A stretch of 64,000 nt of DNA from an uncultured virus (IMG/VR IMGVR_UViG_3300035181_000912) (Duplodnaviria; Heunggongvirae; Uroviricota; Caudoviricetes). The first letter of the stretch is position 1. Each line of letters starts with the position of its first letter. Shown one piece after another: positions 47,769-57,627 of the stretch. Both the position numbers and the translations under genes were made by a program. The notes under the pieces are model-generated. The model did not search any database, was not told the origin of the DNA, and saw nothing but the letters and a program-made list of their open reading frames with translations. Location of the stretch: the IMG/VR virus record IMGVR_UViG_3300035181_000912. One strand, written 5' to 3'.

Positions 47769-49783
47769 TGGTGGGAATAGTCAACGGGTCGCTGTTCGCA
47801 GCGGCAACAGTTCAACCTGAGAAGAAGACGCCAGCACAAGCGAAGCGCTCTTTCTCGGTCCCAGGCAACCTTCCTACCGACTACGTCCCACCCGAGTGGC
47901 GGTCAATCGACGGCCTGAAGCGTATCGGGTTGGACATCGAAGGGCATGACCCCAACATCAGCGAGCTCGGGCCTGGCGCGCATCGTCGCAACGCGGACGG
48001 ATCCTGGGAAGGCAAAGTCGTTGGCGTTGCAATCGCGTACTCAGTGCGCGACGCGTCCTACTACCCGACGGACCACGCGGTCGGTCGGAACGTTGATGAT
48101 CCAGACAAGTTCTACGCTCGGTTTAAGGAAGAGGCTTCAACGTTCGAAGGCGAGATCGTCGGCGCCAACCTTCAGTATGATCTCGACTGGCTGCGCACGC
48201 GGCATGGGATCTGGTTCCCGAAAGCGAAGTTCCGCGACGTCCAGATTGCCGAACCGCTCATTGACGAGAACCGCATGACCTACAAGCTAGGGGTCTTGGC
48301 GAAGGACTACCTGAACAAGGTCAAAACCGACGAGGATCTGAGGCTCCTCTACGGCGGTGGCTACATCGAGAACATGCACCTGGTTCACCCTGCGCACGCG
48401 GCCGTCTACGGCTCGGGCGACGTGACCTTGCCGTGGGAGATCATGGACAAGCAGATGGAAAAGCTCGAGGCGGATGGCCTCGTGGACCTGTTCCATCTGG
48501 AGTCTGAACTGACGCCACTTCTGCTCGAGATGCGCTACCGCGGCGTTCGCGTTGACGTCGCGAAGGCAGACGAGTCTTACGAGCGACTCAAGGAAGAGCA
48601 AGCCGCAATCGAGAAGCACCTGTCGGAGGTCACAGAAACTCGAGTCGACATCTGGTCAGCGGATTCCATCGCCATCGCGTTTGACAAGATGGGGCTTGAG
48701 TATGAGAAGACCGCGGGTGGCAAGCCATCCTTCAGGAAGGAATGGCTCGCTGCGTGCGATAATGAAGTGGCGAAGCTGATCAACCGGGCGCGTGAGAACG
48801 ACAAGATCGCTGGCACCTTCATCGACTCCTACATCAGGAAGGGGCACGTCGACGGTCGGATCCACTGCATGTTCAACCAGCTCAAGTCGGACGACTCAGG
48901 CACGGTGTCAGGACGCTTCTCGTCGAGCAACCCGAACCTTCAGAACATCCCTGCGAGGCATCCGGTCCTCGGACCGCTCATGCGCTCTATGTTCATCCCC
49001 GAAGAAGGTATGCTGTGGGGCTCGCTCGACTGGTCCCAGATCGAATACCGCTTGCTCGTGCACTATGCCTCGATCACCAAAGGCATTGACGCGTCCGCGG
49101 CAGTCAGGATGTACCGCAACGACCCTAAGACCGACTTTCACACCATGGCGTCCGAGATCACAGGCGTCCCGCGGAAGCAGGCGAAGAATATCAACTTCGG
49201 CGTCGTCTACGGGATGGGCGTGGCGAAGCTGGCCGCGGACCTCGGGCTGACCGTCGAGGCGGCTCAGGAGATCATGCAGCAGTTCCAAGACAACGCGCCC
49301 TTCATGCGCGGGATGCTGGATCGCTGTTCGAACGCCGCTGCCGAGCGTGGCTTCATCAAGACGATCCTGGGCCGCAAGCGCCGGTTCGACACCTGGGAAG
49401 TCAAGTGGCGGTCGGCTGATCTCGGAACTCAAACCGAGTACGTTGACACAGTCGACCTCGAGAAGCGCGTGGCAGAGCTCGGTTCGAAGATGCGGTCGTC
49501 GCCGCGCCGGGCATTCACCCATAAGGCGCTCAACGCATTGCTTCAGGGGTCTGCCGCCGACCTGATGAAGAAGGCTATGGTTCAGATGTGGGACGCTGGT
49601 TTGTTCAATGTCCTGGTCCCGCACCTCACCGTCCATGACGAGTTCAACTCGTCGGTTCCCGACACGAAGGAAGGGCATGAGGCCTTCAACGAGATGCGAA
49701 ACATCATGGAAACGACGCTCAAGCTAGACATCCCGATCCGTGCGGATGGCTCGCTGGGCAAGAACTGGGACGAGGCGAAGTGA
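47768..49783 (+). CDS. family A DNA polymerase with 3'-5' exonuclease domain
   Basis: LDIE, NLQYD, SGRFSSSNPNLQNIP, DWSQIEYR, KNINFGVVYG and VHDE motifs. Confidence 0.96.
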   Translation: MVGIVNGSLFAAATVQPEKKTPAQAKRSFSVPGNLPTDYVPPEWRSIDGLKRIGLDIEGHDPNISELGPGAHRRNADGSWEGKVVGVAIAYSVRDASYYPTDHAVGRNVDDPDKFYARFKEEASTFEGEIVGANLQYDLDWLRTRHGIWFPKAKFRDVQIAEPLIDENRMTYKLGVLAKDYLNKVKTDEDLRLLYGGGYIENMHLVHPAHAAVYGSGDVTLPWEIMDKQMEKLEADGLVDLFHLESELTPLLLEMRYRGVRVDVAKADESYERLKEEQAAIEKHLSEVTETRVDIWSADSIAIAFDKMGLEYEKTAGGKPSFRKEWLAACDNEVAKLINRARENDKIAGTFIDSYIRKGHVDGRIHCMFNQLKSDDSGTVSGRFSSSNPNLQNIPARHPVLGPLMRSMFIPEEGMLWGSLDWSQIEYRLLVHYASITKGIDASAAVRMYRNDPKTDFHTMASEITGVPRKQAKNINFGVVYGMGVAKLAADLGLTVEAAQEIMQQFQDNAPFMRGMLDRCSNAAAERGFIKTILGRKRRFDTWEVKWRSADLGTQTEYVDTVDLEKRVAELGSKMRSSPRRAFTHKALNALLQGSAADLMKKAMVQMWDAGLFNVLVPHLTVHDEFNSSVPDTKEGHEAFNEMRNIMETTLKLDIPIRADGSLGKNWDEAK

Positions 49784-50010
49784 CCCAAGAGCAAGAAGAG
49801 ACCGTGAGCGTCGATCCGCTCCTGATGGACCCGCCAAACTTCATCTTCGAAGTTTGGGCGGGAAGCACGCTCCACGCGCTAGTATTCGGGGACTTTTCGA
49901 AGCTTTCTCAATACGCCATTGCGTTGGAAGATACTGGCATTGTATCAGTCAAGCGATACATCAACGGAACATGGGAGAATGCCGATGACTGGCGAAGCCT
50001 TGCATACTAA
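49780..50010 (+). CDS. hypothetical protein
   Basis: GTG start overlaps the polymerase stop. Confidence 0.55.
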   Translation: MTQEQEETVSVDPLLMDPPNFIFEVWAGSTLHALVFGDFSKLSQYAIALEDTGIVSVKRYINGTWENADDWRSLAY

Positions 50011-50911
50011 GTACCGTCCGACGACGCTCGACGACGTTGTGGGGCAGGATCATATCAAAGCAGGCTTGAGCGCCGTGCTCGCTGCAGGCAAGCAACAGGC
50101 GTTCCTGTTCGAGGGGCCCAGTGGAACGGGCAAGACGACACTCGCCCGGATCTGCGCGAAAGCGCTGGGTTGCACCGACCCGCGCGAGATTGACGCGGCG
50201 ACCCATACTGGCGTCGATTCGATGCGAGAAGTCGCTGAAGGGGCGCGGTTCGTGTCAATGGACGGCGGCGCCAAGGCCTTCATCGTTGACGAGTGCCACC
50301 GACTGTCGAAGCAGGCATGGGAGTCCCTCCTGAAAGACATCGAAGAGCCTCCCGTGGGCGTCTATTGGTTCTTCTGCACGACCGAAGGCAACAAGGTCCC
50401 GAATACCATCCAGACGCGCTGCGTGACCTACTCGCTGCAGGAGGTGTCTTGGCGCAAGCTTCTGGGGTTGCTCTCGAAGGTCGCAACCGCAGAAGGCCTC
50501 GACATTGCGGACGACGTCCTCGACGTCTGCGCGGAAGAAGCGAGTGGTTCACCTCGGAAGGCTCTGGTCAACCTGACGATGGTTTCCCACTGCAAGTCAG
50601 CAGACGAGGCCCGGCAGTCCCTGAACCGCATGAAGGGTGGCAAGGAGGCCTTCGACCTCGCCCAACTCCTGATCAAGAAGGAGTATACGTTTGAAGCGGC
50701 TTGCGCGATCTTGAAGGAACTGAAGGAGGTCACACCTGAGTCGATCAGGCACACCGTCCGCGCCTATGCGACGACGACGGTCCTGGGCTCTCCTGGCAAC
50801 ACCTGGGCCCGCGGCGTCCTGATGGCGTTCGAAGCGCCATGCGTCGACCAGAACCAGATCTCAGACATCCTGTGCAGGGTGATTACGCTCGAGAAGTGGA
50901 AGCGCGCGTGA
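49985..50911 (+). CDS. clamp loader subunit (DnaX gamma/tau-like AAA+)
   Basis: KYRPTTLDDVVGQ, GPSGTGKT, DECH, LLKDIEEPP and TIQTRC motifs. Confidence 0.92.
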   Translation: MTGEALHTKYRPTTLDDVVGQDHIKAGLSAVLAAGKQQAFLFEGPSGTGKTTLARICAKALGCTDPREIDAATHTGVDSMREVAEGARFVSMDGGAKAFIVDECHRLSKQAWESLLKDIEEPPVGVYWFFCTTEGNKVPNTIQTRCVTYSLQEVSWRKLLGLLSKVATAEGLDIADDVLDVCAEEASGSPRKALVNLTMVSHCKSADEARQSLNRMKGGKEAFDLAQLLIKKEYTFEAACAILKELKEVTPESIRHTVRAYATTTVLGSPGNTWARGVLMAFEAPCVDQNQISDILCRVITLEKWKRA

Positions 50912-51339
50912 TGGACAAGTGGGACGAGCGCTTTCTGCTACTGGCTGCGCACGTTGCGGCGTGGTCTAAGGATCCATCAACCCAGGTCGGATGCGTCCTG
51001 GTCGATGACCGCCGCCGCGTGATCGGCATGGGATACAATGGCTTCCCGCGCGGCGTTGACGACAACGCGGCGCGCTACAACGACCGCCCAACCAAGTACC
51101 TGATGGTTCAGCACGCGGAAGCGAATGCCGTGCTGAACGCGACCCACGACGTCCGCGGCGCGACCGCTTACGTCACTCACCACCCCTGCGCTACCTGCGC
51201 TGGCCTCTTGATCCAGGCAGGGGTTTCGCGCATCGTGTCCTTCTCGCCCGCGGGCGGTATTGCCGAGCGTTTCGCGGACAGCTTCAAGGCCGCATCAACC
51301 ATGCTCGACGAGGCAGGTGTCTCGGTCGAGCTCCACTGA
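50911..51339 (+). CDS. dCMP deaminase
   Basis: WSKDPSTQVG, GYNGFPRG, HAEANA and PCATC motifs. Confidence 0.93.
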   Translation: MDKWDERFLLLAAHVAAWSKDPSTQVGCVLVDDRRRVIGMGYNGFPRGVDDNAARYNDRPTKYLMVQHAEANAVLNATHDVRGATAYVTHHPCATCAGLLIQAGVSRIVSFSPAGGIAERFADSFKAASTMLDEAGVSVELH

Positions 51340-51349
51340 GGAGGGCCTG

Positions 51350-51613
51350 ATGGGCAACAAGATCCGCATCGTCAAGCGGTATAAGGATTGGTCGCCCTTC
51401 GCAGGGATGGAAGAAGCGGACACCGTCGAGATCGAGGACGGGGCCGAGGGCGCCGCGCGGTTCATCACCGCGGTCAACGCGTCCGACCAGCTCGACTACC
51501 AGATCATCGACTACGAGGTGGCGCTCGTAACCACGATGAACCGGCCGGAGCTGATCACGAATCCGACCGGCGGTGGAGTCGGAAAACTGCTGCTACCCGG
51601 TAAGGACTATTGA
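51350..51613 (+). CDS. hypothetical protein
   Basis: GAGGAG RBS. Confidence 0.6.
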   Translation: MGNKIRIVKRYKDWSPFAGMEEADTVEIEDGAEGAARFITAVNASDQLDYQIIDYEVALVTTMNRPELITNPTGGGVGKLLLPGKDY

Positions 51614-51663
51614 CAGTGACTGGGGTGCATTCCATCGTTCAACCTATCAACGGAGGGACTGGA

Positions 51664-52188
51664 ATGCACCTACGAGTTGCACACCGCCAGATAGGGGATA
51701 CCGCGATCCAATGCGGTCCTGATCTCGAGCACTACTTCATCATCGGATCCCGCTTCGAAGCCATCTACCTGGACGAGCTGAAAGCGCTCTACGTCACGCG
51801 ATGCGCCCGCGGGTCGATCTGCATGGCTGACCAGACGGTCTACAGAAACAAGGGCTACTCCCGCACTGTGATAGTCAACTCGCTTCCGGAATGGATCCCT
51901 GCATTCACCATCAAGGCGGTTGAGTTCACCCTCGACGGGGATCTACTCGTCTGGCGGCGCCCGCCCATCTGGACTCTTGGCTGGCCGCAGAAGGGGATTA
52001 TGACCGATCCCGCCCGCAACCATCAGGCGGTGGTCAAAGGTCTGCAAGAGCGCCTAAGATCTGCGAAACGCAACGGCATAGATCCGCGCAAGGTCACTTG
52101 CGCCGTGCCGGCCTGGGCAAAGTCATCGCTTGCACCAGGTGAGTGGATGGCCGTCGTTCGCGAAGTGTTTCCGGGTCACCATGTTTAA
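51664..52188 (+). CDS. hypothetical protein
   Basis: CAACGGAGG leader. Confidence 0.6.
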   Translation: MHLRVAHRQIGDTAIQCGPDLEHYFIIGSRFEAIYLDELKALYVTRCARGSICMADQTVYRNKGYSRTVIVNSLPEWIPAFTIKAVEFTLDGDLLVWRRPPIWTLGWPQKGIMTDPARNHQAVVKGLQERLRSAKRNGIDPRKVTCAVPAWAKSSLAPGEWMAVVREVFPGHHV

Positions 52189-52193
52189 ACGGG

Positions 52194-52232
52194 TTGACGG
52201 GCTCCTGTGGGCGCGCGTATAAGCCAGTTATA
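52194..52232 (+). promoter_or_regulatory. promoter with operator-like palindrome
   Basis: TTGACG-18 bp-TATAAGCCAGTTATA. Confidence 0.55.
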
Positions 52233-52262
52233 CGGTGACGCATCGTCACCTATCAACGGAGA

Positions 52263-52853
52263 ATGATAATGCCCTGCACCTTCAAAAACCGCGAAGCATG
52301 GCTAAATGAGTTCACTAGCCGTGCCGCCCCCGTGTTCAAGAAGCATGGACTTGAACTCCCGCCCGTTCGCATGGCGGTCGGCTTCACGTCGAAAGGCGCG
52401 AAGACGAAGAGCATTGGCGAATGCTGGTCGAACAAGTGCTCCGAGGACGGCGCCTGTGAGATCTTCATCACCCCGCTGCTGTCCGACGCGTCGCGCATCG
52501 CGGACGTCCTGACCCACGAACTGATCCACGCCGTGCTCGGCGCCGAAGTCGGCCATAAGAAGCCCTTCGTGGACGCCATGAAGAAGCTGGGCCTGACCGG
52601 CAAGTCGACCGCGACCGTAGCTGGGCCTGAATGGCACGCCTGGGCGGACAAGATCGTCTCAGACCTCGGCCCGCTGCCCCACGCGGCGCTCGTGCCTGGC
52701 GGCAACGGCGAGAAGAAGCAGTCGACCCGAATGCTCAAGTGCGAGTGCGCGGCTTGTGGCTTCACCTTCCGCACGACCGCGAAGTGGCTCGAGGCCGCGC
52801 CCGAGGTGACATGCCCCGATCCGAACTGCCGAGGGGAGCTCAATATCGGGTGA
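52263..52853 (+). CDS. SprT-like zinc metalloprotease with C-terminal Zn ribbon
   Basis: HELIH...GH motif and CECAAC...CPDPNC. Confidence 0.8.
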   Translation: MIMPCTFKNREAWLNEFTSRAAPVFKKHGLELPPVRMAVGFTSKGAKTKSIGECWSNKCSEDGACEIFITPLLSDASRIADVLTHELIHAVLGAEVGHKKPFVDAMKKLGLTGKSTATVAGPEWHAWADKIVSDLGPLPHAALVPGGNGEKKQSTRMLKCECAACGFTFRTTAKWLEAAPEVTCPDPNCRGELNIG

Positions 52854-52925
52854 ATCCTCACGCCGCGCTCGACACTCGAGCGCGGCGCCTCTATCATTCG
52901 TCAACCAACCGAGAAAGTAACCGCT

Positions 52926-53414
52926 ATGTCCGACGCCTTCGACTTTTCCAAGTTCCTCGCGAACTCGGGGTCCCCTGACGATGACACCAAGAACGCGATG
53001 CTGCGCGACGCCGTGTCCGACGAGATGGACACCGTGATGGGCGAGGTTGCCCCGCGCATTTGGTGCGTGATCCAGGAGCAGATGCTCAAGGACCCCCATA
53101 ACAATATCTACCTCAACGCCGTGATGAACTCGGCCATCTTCGCCCTGCTCGGGTGGGTCTGCGCTGTGACGCCGCGTGGGGGACGCGACGGGACGGACAA
53201 CGATGCTGCGATCCGCTCGAAGATCCTGGCAAACCTTGACAACGCGCTGGCGAACTCACGCGACGCAGGCGGGCAGATGTCCATGATCGGGCACAACGTC
53301 GGCAAGTTGAAACTGATGGAAGACTCCTGCAAAGGACTCGCGAGCGTCCTGGTCGGCAACTCGATGGTGGTCAAGGGCGTTCATGCTTACATCGAAGCTC
53401 AGAAGAAGGGTTGA
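52926..53414 (+). CDS. hypothetical protein
   Basis: 162 aa ORF with typical codon usage. Confidence 0.7.
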   Translation: MSDAFDFSKFLANSGSPDDDTKNAMLRDAVSDEMDTVMGEVAPRIWCVIQEQMLKDPHNNIYLNAVMNSAIFALLGWVCAVTPRGGRDGTDNDAAIRSKILANLDNALANSRDAGGQMSMIGHNVGKLKLMEDSCKGLASVLVGNSMVVKGVHAYIEAQKKG

Positions 53415-53463
53415 AACTCAACCGAGACGATGCACAATAGTCACACAAGCAACGGAGCCAACT

Positions 53464-53988
53464 ATGAAAGCCCTCGCCATGACTGCCCTGGGTGGAATAG
53501 CCGTCAACAAGACGATGACGGTGTCCATCTACATCCCCGACGAGTTCGTGGAACTGTTCGGGGATGAAGCCACTCTCCGCTACTCGAACGGACTGATCTA
53601 CGTCCTCCCGAAGGAAGGCGGCTACTCAATCCATAACAGCATGAAGGGGACTGCGCGTAAACGTGTAACCGTACCGCTTAAAGTAGTCCCAGGGCTCATG
53701 GCATCTTTCCACTTCGGCAAGACAGACGCCGAGTTCACCCGGACGACGTTCGACGGTATGAACGCGATCAGCACGCCGCTCGTCGGGACGCTAAAGCCAG
53801 CAGCGAAACCCGCGGCCTCCATACTGAAAGACAAGTGGCCGGGACTGACCGATGCGCAGGTGCTTGATGCGATCAGGACCGACCTGCGAACTGCTGCTGA
53901 AACTCGCGCCTTTTCCGACTACTGCTTCGAGGACGGCGTCCTTCAGGCGAGTGTCTCAGTCGTCGTAACCATGAAAGAGAGGATCTGA
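53464..53988 (+). CDS. hypothetical protein
   Basis: CAACGGAG leader before ATG 53464. Confidence 0.65.
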   Translation: MKALAMTALGGIAVNKTMTVSIYIPDEFVELFGDEATLRYSNGLIYVLPKEGGYSIHNSMKGTARKRVTVPLKVVPGLMASFHFGKTDAEFTRTTFDGMNAISTPLVGTLKPAAKPAASILKDKWPGLTDAQVLDAIRTDLRTAAETRAFSDYCFEDGVLQASVSVVVTMKERI

Positions 53989-54410
53989 TGGTAACCTTAC
54001 AATTCTATGCCCCTGCAGGAGAGCGCGCACGCGCGAACCTATCCAGAAAGGACCTCGCTGTGCTTGGACTGACTCTCGGCAAAGAGCTCGGGTATGCTGT
54101 CCTGAGTGGCGACCCCTACCACATCCTCCTGAGCCACAACCTCGTCTCGGCAGGGAAGGGGACCTATAACGTCGCAGACGCTACGGGTCGCGCGCATAGC
54201 GGTTATGCGGCCGTTCCCCACCACAAAGGAGCCGAAGCACTTCGCATCGAACGCGCAAGCACGAACCAAGGCTACATGCTGCCCGACAACTGGAAGGGCG
54301 AGGCGCGGGTCGTTGAGTCGTGGGAAGGCGGCGTCATCCTTGAGCTGGTCGGTTACAAGACGCTCATGCCTTTCAAGAAGGCTCCCGTTCAGCAGCTGCT
54401 GGCGATCTGA
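53988..54410 (+). CDS. hypothetical protein
   Basis: TGATG-coupled ORF. Confidence 0.65.
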   Translation: MVTLQFYAPAGERARANLSRKDLAVLGLTLGKELGYAVLSGDPYHILLSHNLVSAGKGTYNVADATGRAHSGYAAVPHHKGAEALRIERASTNQGYMLPDNWKGEARVVESWEGGVILELVGYKTLMPFKKAPVQQLLAI

Positions 54411-54512
54411 TGCTCGACAACTTCACCTGGGTGCTCGCCATGTCCTTCGCCGCAGGGCTTGGATGGCACTTCTCGGCTGTGCTGGTCGACTTCGCATTGG
54501 GAATCTTAGGCG

Positions 54513-54737
54513 ATGATGACTGAACAGGAAGCGCTCGTTCCGACCATGATGGCCGAGATCCGCCACTCACTCAGAGCCCGACTCGGGTCATGCGATATCC
54601 GCGCGGAGGGCGGCGAGTTCGTCGTCACGCATGGGTCGAAGACGGCCCGGGCAGACATCCCGCATATCCAGAACGTCTTCGTAGACGCGTTCGAGGTTGC
54701 GGGTGAGCTTGAAGCACTGTTGACAGGTCAGGCATAA
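54513..54737 (+). CDS. hypothetical protein
   Basis: 74 aa ORF in a tightly packed run. Confidence 0.55.
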   Translation: MMTEQEALVPTMMAEIRHSLRARLGSCDIRAEGGEFVVTHGSKTARADIPHIQNVFVDAFEVAGELEALLTGQA

Positions 54738-54749
54738 CTGGCTTATGCG
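54720..54749 (+). promoter_or_regulatory. promoter with operator-like palindrome
   Basis: TTGACA-ggtcagg-CATAACTGGCTTATG-cg. Confidence 0.6.
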
Positions 54750-54799
54750 TTCGGTGCGGGCGTCACGTCGTCGCCCGCATCATCAACGGGAACACTGAC

Positions 54800-56446
54800 A
54801 TGGCCGCCTTCAAACCTTCGCTCGCTCAGCAGCGCTTCTACGACTGGGTCTCCAAAGAGACCGGGAACTGCATCCTGAACGCCGTCGCCGGCGCGGGCAA
54901 GACGACCACTCTCCTCAACGGCATCGCCATGATGCGCGGCAAGGTCTGGTTCGGCGTCTACAACAAGAAGATGGCCGACGAGATCAAAGAGAAACTGTCC
55001 GCCCGCAAGGACCTGGCTGCCCGCACCCAATTTTCCGAGAAGCTGGAGCGCGTCGAGTCCTCGACGTTCCACTCGCTCGGCTTCAGCATCGTCCGCTCGC
55101 ACGCCGGAAAAGGCGTCAATGTCACAATCAACGACCGCAAAGTGAAGCGCATCGTCGAAGCCATGATCCTGGAAAAGGAAGCCGAGGGCCAGTGCGAACG
55201 CGAAGACCTGCGACAGATCGCAGGTGCGGTCGAGTCGCTCGTGTCAATGGCGAAGAATCGCGGTTTCGTCCCATCGTCGCAGGTTCGCGAGGGCTTGTCT
55301 GACATGCGCGACTTCGCGGCTTGGGAGCATATGGTCGCGCACTTCGACTTGGCGGATTCGATCCCGGAGGGCATGGAAGGCGTCGCCATGAAGTTCGCCC
55401 TCTCGGTCCTGACGCGTTCGAACCGCGACTTGGCGACTATCGACATGGACGACATGGTTTACTTGCCGCTCGCGCTGCCCGTGCGCCTCGCACCGTGGCA
55501 CAAGTTCGACTGGGTGCTCGTTGACGAGGCCCAGGACACCAACCCGACGCGCCGCGCGCTGGCTCGTCTCGTGATGGGCCCGCGGGCACGCTTGGTTGCC
55601 GTCGGCGACCCCCACCAGGCGATCTTTGGCTTCACCGGCGCGGACAACGACGCTCTCGAGCAGATCGCTGCTGCGTTCGACGCGGTGCAGCTGCCGCTGA
55701 CCGTGTCCTATCGCTGCCCGCAAGCTGTCGTCGCTCACGCCCGCAAGTGGGTGGATCACATCCAGGCGCACGAGAACGCGCCGATTGGTTCGGTGACGGA
55801 GCTGGCCTATCAGGACCTGCTCGACATGCTGCCGACCATCGAACGCGCCGACTACTCCGAGATGGCGATCCTGTGCCGGTACAACAAGTACCTGGTAAGT
55901 CTGTGCTTCAAGATGATCCGCATGGGCCTGCCCGCGAAGATCGAAGGTCGTTCCATCGGGGAAAACCTGATCAAGATGGCGACCCGCTGGTCCTCGATCA
56001 AAACGGTGAATGCGCTCGAGACGAAGGTCCGCGAGTACGAAGAGCGCGAAGTCGCCAAGGCGATCAAAGCCGAGAAGGAAAACAAAGCCGACCGCATCGC
56101 CGACGAGTGCCAGACCCTGCTGACCCTGATCGAGCGCAGCCGCGCCGAAGGCAAGTCGCAGATCTCCGAGATGGTCGAGATGATCCAGGAGATGTTCGCG
56201 GACAACGTGTCAGGCAAAGGCTTGATTACGCTTTGCTCGGCGCACAAGTCGAAAGGCCTCGAGTGGAACACGGTCTACCTTCTCGACCGTCAAGCCTTCA
56301 TGCCGTCGAAGTTCGCGAAGCAGGACTGGCAGGTCGCGCAGGAGATGAACTTGATCTACGTCGCCGTGACCCGCGCGAAGCAGGCCCTGGTCGAAGTGAC
56401 CGGCGTCCGCGAAGAAAAAGACCCGACCAAGAAGGAGGGGCAGTGA
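54800..56446 (+). CDS. UvrD/Rep-like SF1 helicase (second copy)
   Basis: AVAGAGKT, DEAQD, GDPHQAIFGF, SYRCP, AHKSKGLE and YVAVTRAK motifs. Confidence 0.92.
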   Translation: MAAFKPSLAQQRFYDWVSKETGNCILNAVAGAGKTTTLLNGIAMMRGKVWFGVYNKKMADEIKEKLSARKDLAARTQFSEKLERVESSTFHSLGFSIVRSHAGKGVNVTINDRKVKRIVEAMILEKEAEGQCEREDLRQIAGAVESLVSMAKNRGFVPSSQVREGLSDMRDFAAWEHMVAHFDLADSIPEGMEGVAMKFALSVLTRSNRDLATIDMDDMVYLPLALPVRLAPWHKFDWVLVDEAQDTNPTRRALARLVMGPRARLVAVGDPHQAIFGFTGADNDALEQIAAAFDAVQLPLTVSYRCPQAVVAHARKWVDHIQAHENAPIGSVTELAYQDLLDMLPTIERADYSEMAILCRYNKYLVSLCFKMIRMGLPAKIEGRSIGENLIKMATRWSSIKTVNALETKVREYEEREVAKAIKAEKENKADRIADECQTLLTLIERSRAEGKSQISEMVEMIQEMFADNVSGKGLITLCSAHKSKGLEWNTVYLLDRQAFMPSKFAKQDWQVAQEMNLIYVAVTRAKQALVEVTGVREEKDPTKKEGQ

Positions 56447-56691
56447 TGCCGGGGGACGTCATAAACCTTCAGCAGCACGCGTCTAAGGCGGGACGCGCGT
56501 TTCCCCGCCTCGTTGCACAGGAAGACATCGACCGCGCAAGCGCTGACGAAAAGCGCCGGGCGGATCTGCGGGCTCTTGGTGTGCTCCTGTGCATCGGTGC
56601 GCTTGCGTGCTTCTACTTCGGCCATCTCGTGGTGGGATGGCTGTTTCTCGGCGGCTACGCTGCCACAACCCTGAAAAGGACTACCGCATGA
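56446..56691 (+). CDS. small membrane protein
   Basis: GGAGG RBS and two hydrophobic segments. Confidence 0.55.
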   Translation: MPGDVINLQQHASKAGRAFPRLVAQEDIDRASADEKRRADLRALGVLLCIGALACFYFGHLVVGWLFLGGYAATTLKRTTA

Positions 56692-57266
56692 AAGCCATCT
56701 CGCTCGACATTGAGACGCTGGGCACGAACTCGGACGCTGTCGTCCTGAGCATCGGCGCCTGCGTCGTCACGCCCGACGGGGTTCAGAAGGAGGGCACGTT
56801 CTACTCCTGCGTTAACATCCAGCAGCAGATCGACCTGGGTCGCTCGATCACGGAGGGCACGCTGCGCTTCTGGTTCGAGCAGGAGCAGGGCGTGATCCAG
56901 AACTCATTCGGCGTCGCGAACGGCCCGTCCATTCGCGAAGTCATGTCCAACCTGCTCACTTGGATCAAGTCGAACGGCAGCCCCTCGGTCTACTGCAAGG
57001 GTCCTCAGTTCGACGCGGCGATCCTGGACAGCATGGCGGATTCCGCGAAGGTCGAGCGGCCTATCGGCTACCGCAAGTGGCGTGATATCCGCACGCTCGA
57101 GGAGACCATCACCTGGGCGGGTCACGAGGACATGCTCAACGCGCAGCAGGAAAACGCGTCGCTGCTGCACGCTCACGACGCCCTGGACGACGCATTCGCA
57201 CAAGGCGAGACCATCCACCTCGCCATGTTGCTCTGTGTAATGGAGAACCCTGATGCAACAAGGTGA
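56688..57266 (+). CDS. DEDD 3'-5' exo(ribo)nuclease (Rv2179c-like)
   Basis: LDIETLG, SIGA, FDAAIL, RDIRT and HDALDDA motifs. Confidence 0.88.
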   Translation: MKAISLDIETLGTNSDAVVLSIGACVVTPDGVQKEGTFYSCVNIQQQIDLGRSITEGTLRFWFEQEQGVIQNSFGVANGPSIREVMSNLLTWIKSNGSPSVYCKGPQFDAAILDSMADSAKVERPIGYRKWRDIRTLEETITWAGHEDMLNAQQENASLLHAHDALDDAFAQGETIHLAMLLCVMENPDATR

Positions 57267-57627
57267 CAACCACGGCGAACTGGCCGAGTCTATTGCGGAA
57301 CGTGACGCGCGGTTGGTCGCTCCCACGACTGACTACATGGATCAAGGCGCCGACCCCAAGCCCGATCACGCGGGCCTGTCTACGGGGATGCTCGTGGGCA
57401 TGTCGCCCGGCTGGGAGCCTGTGGTCACGCTCGGCGGGCAGGCGCAGATCGTGCACCCCGGCTGGTCAATCACTCGGATGTGGGCGACGATGTACCAGGC
57501 GATTGCCGAGTCGTCGAAGTACCGCTTCTGCGGTCAGGGGACGACTCCCGGAGAGGCGCTTGAAGACGCCCGGAAGCAGATGATAACCTTCCGGGATGAA
57601 CTCGACAAGCACCTGGAAACCTACTGA
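57253..57627 (+). CDS. hypothetical protein
   Basis: GGAG RBS, coupled to neighbouring genes. Confidence 0.6.
   Translation: MQQGDNHGELAESIAERDARLVAPTTDYMDQGADPKPDHAGLSTGMLVGMSPGWEPVVTLGGQAQIVHPGWSITRMWATMYQAIAESSKYRFCGQGTTPGEALEDARKQMITFRDELDKHLETY

Noticed and set aside
44509..49783. Z-genome (2-aminoadenine) system suggested by DUF550 plus a family A polymerase
   Set aside because: No PurZ/adenylosuccinate synthetase-like or HD-domain DatZ gene is visible in this window.
29345..51339. Thymidine hypermodification (5-hmdU pathway)
   Set aside because: ThyX plus dCMP deaminase point to ordinary dTMP. No ThyA-like hydroxymethylase or hmdU kinase was recognised.
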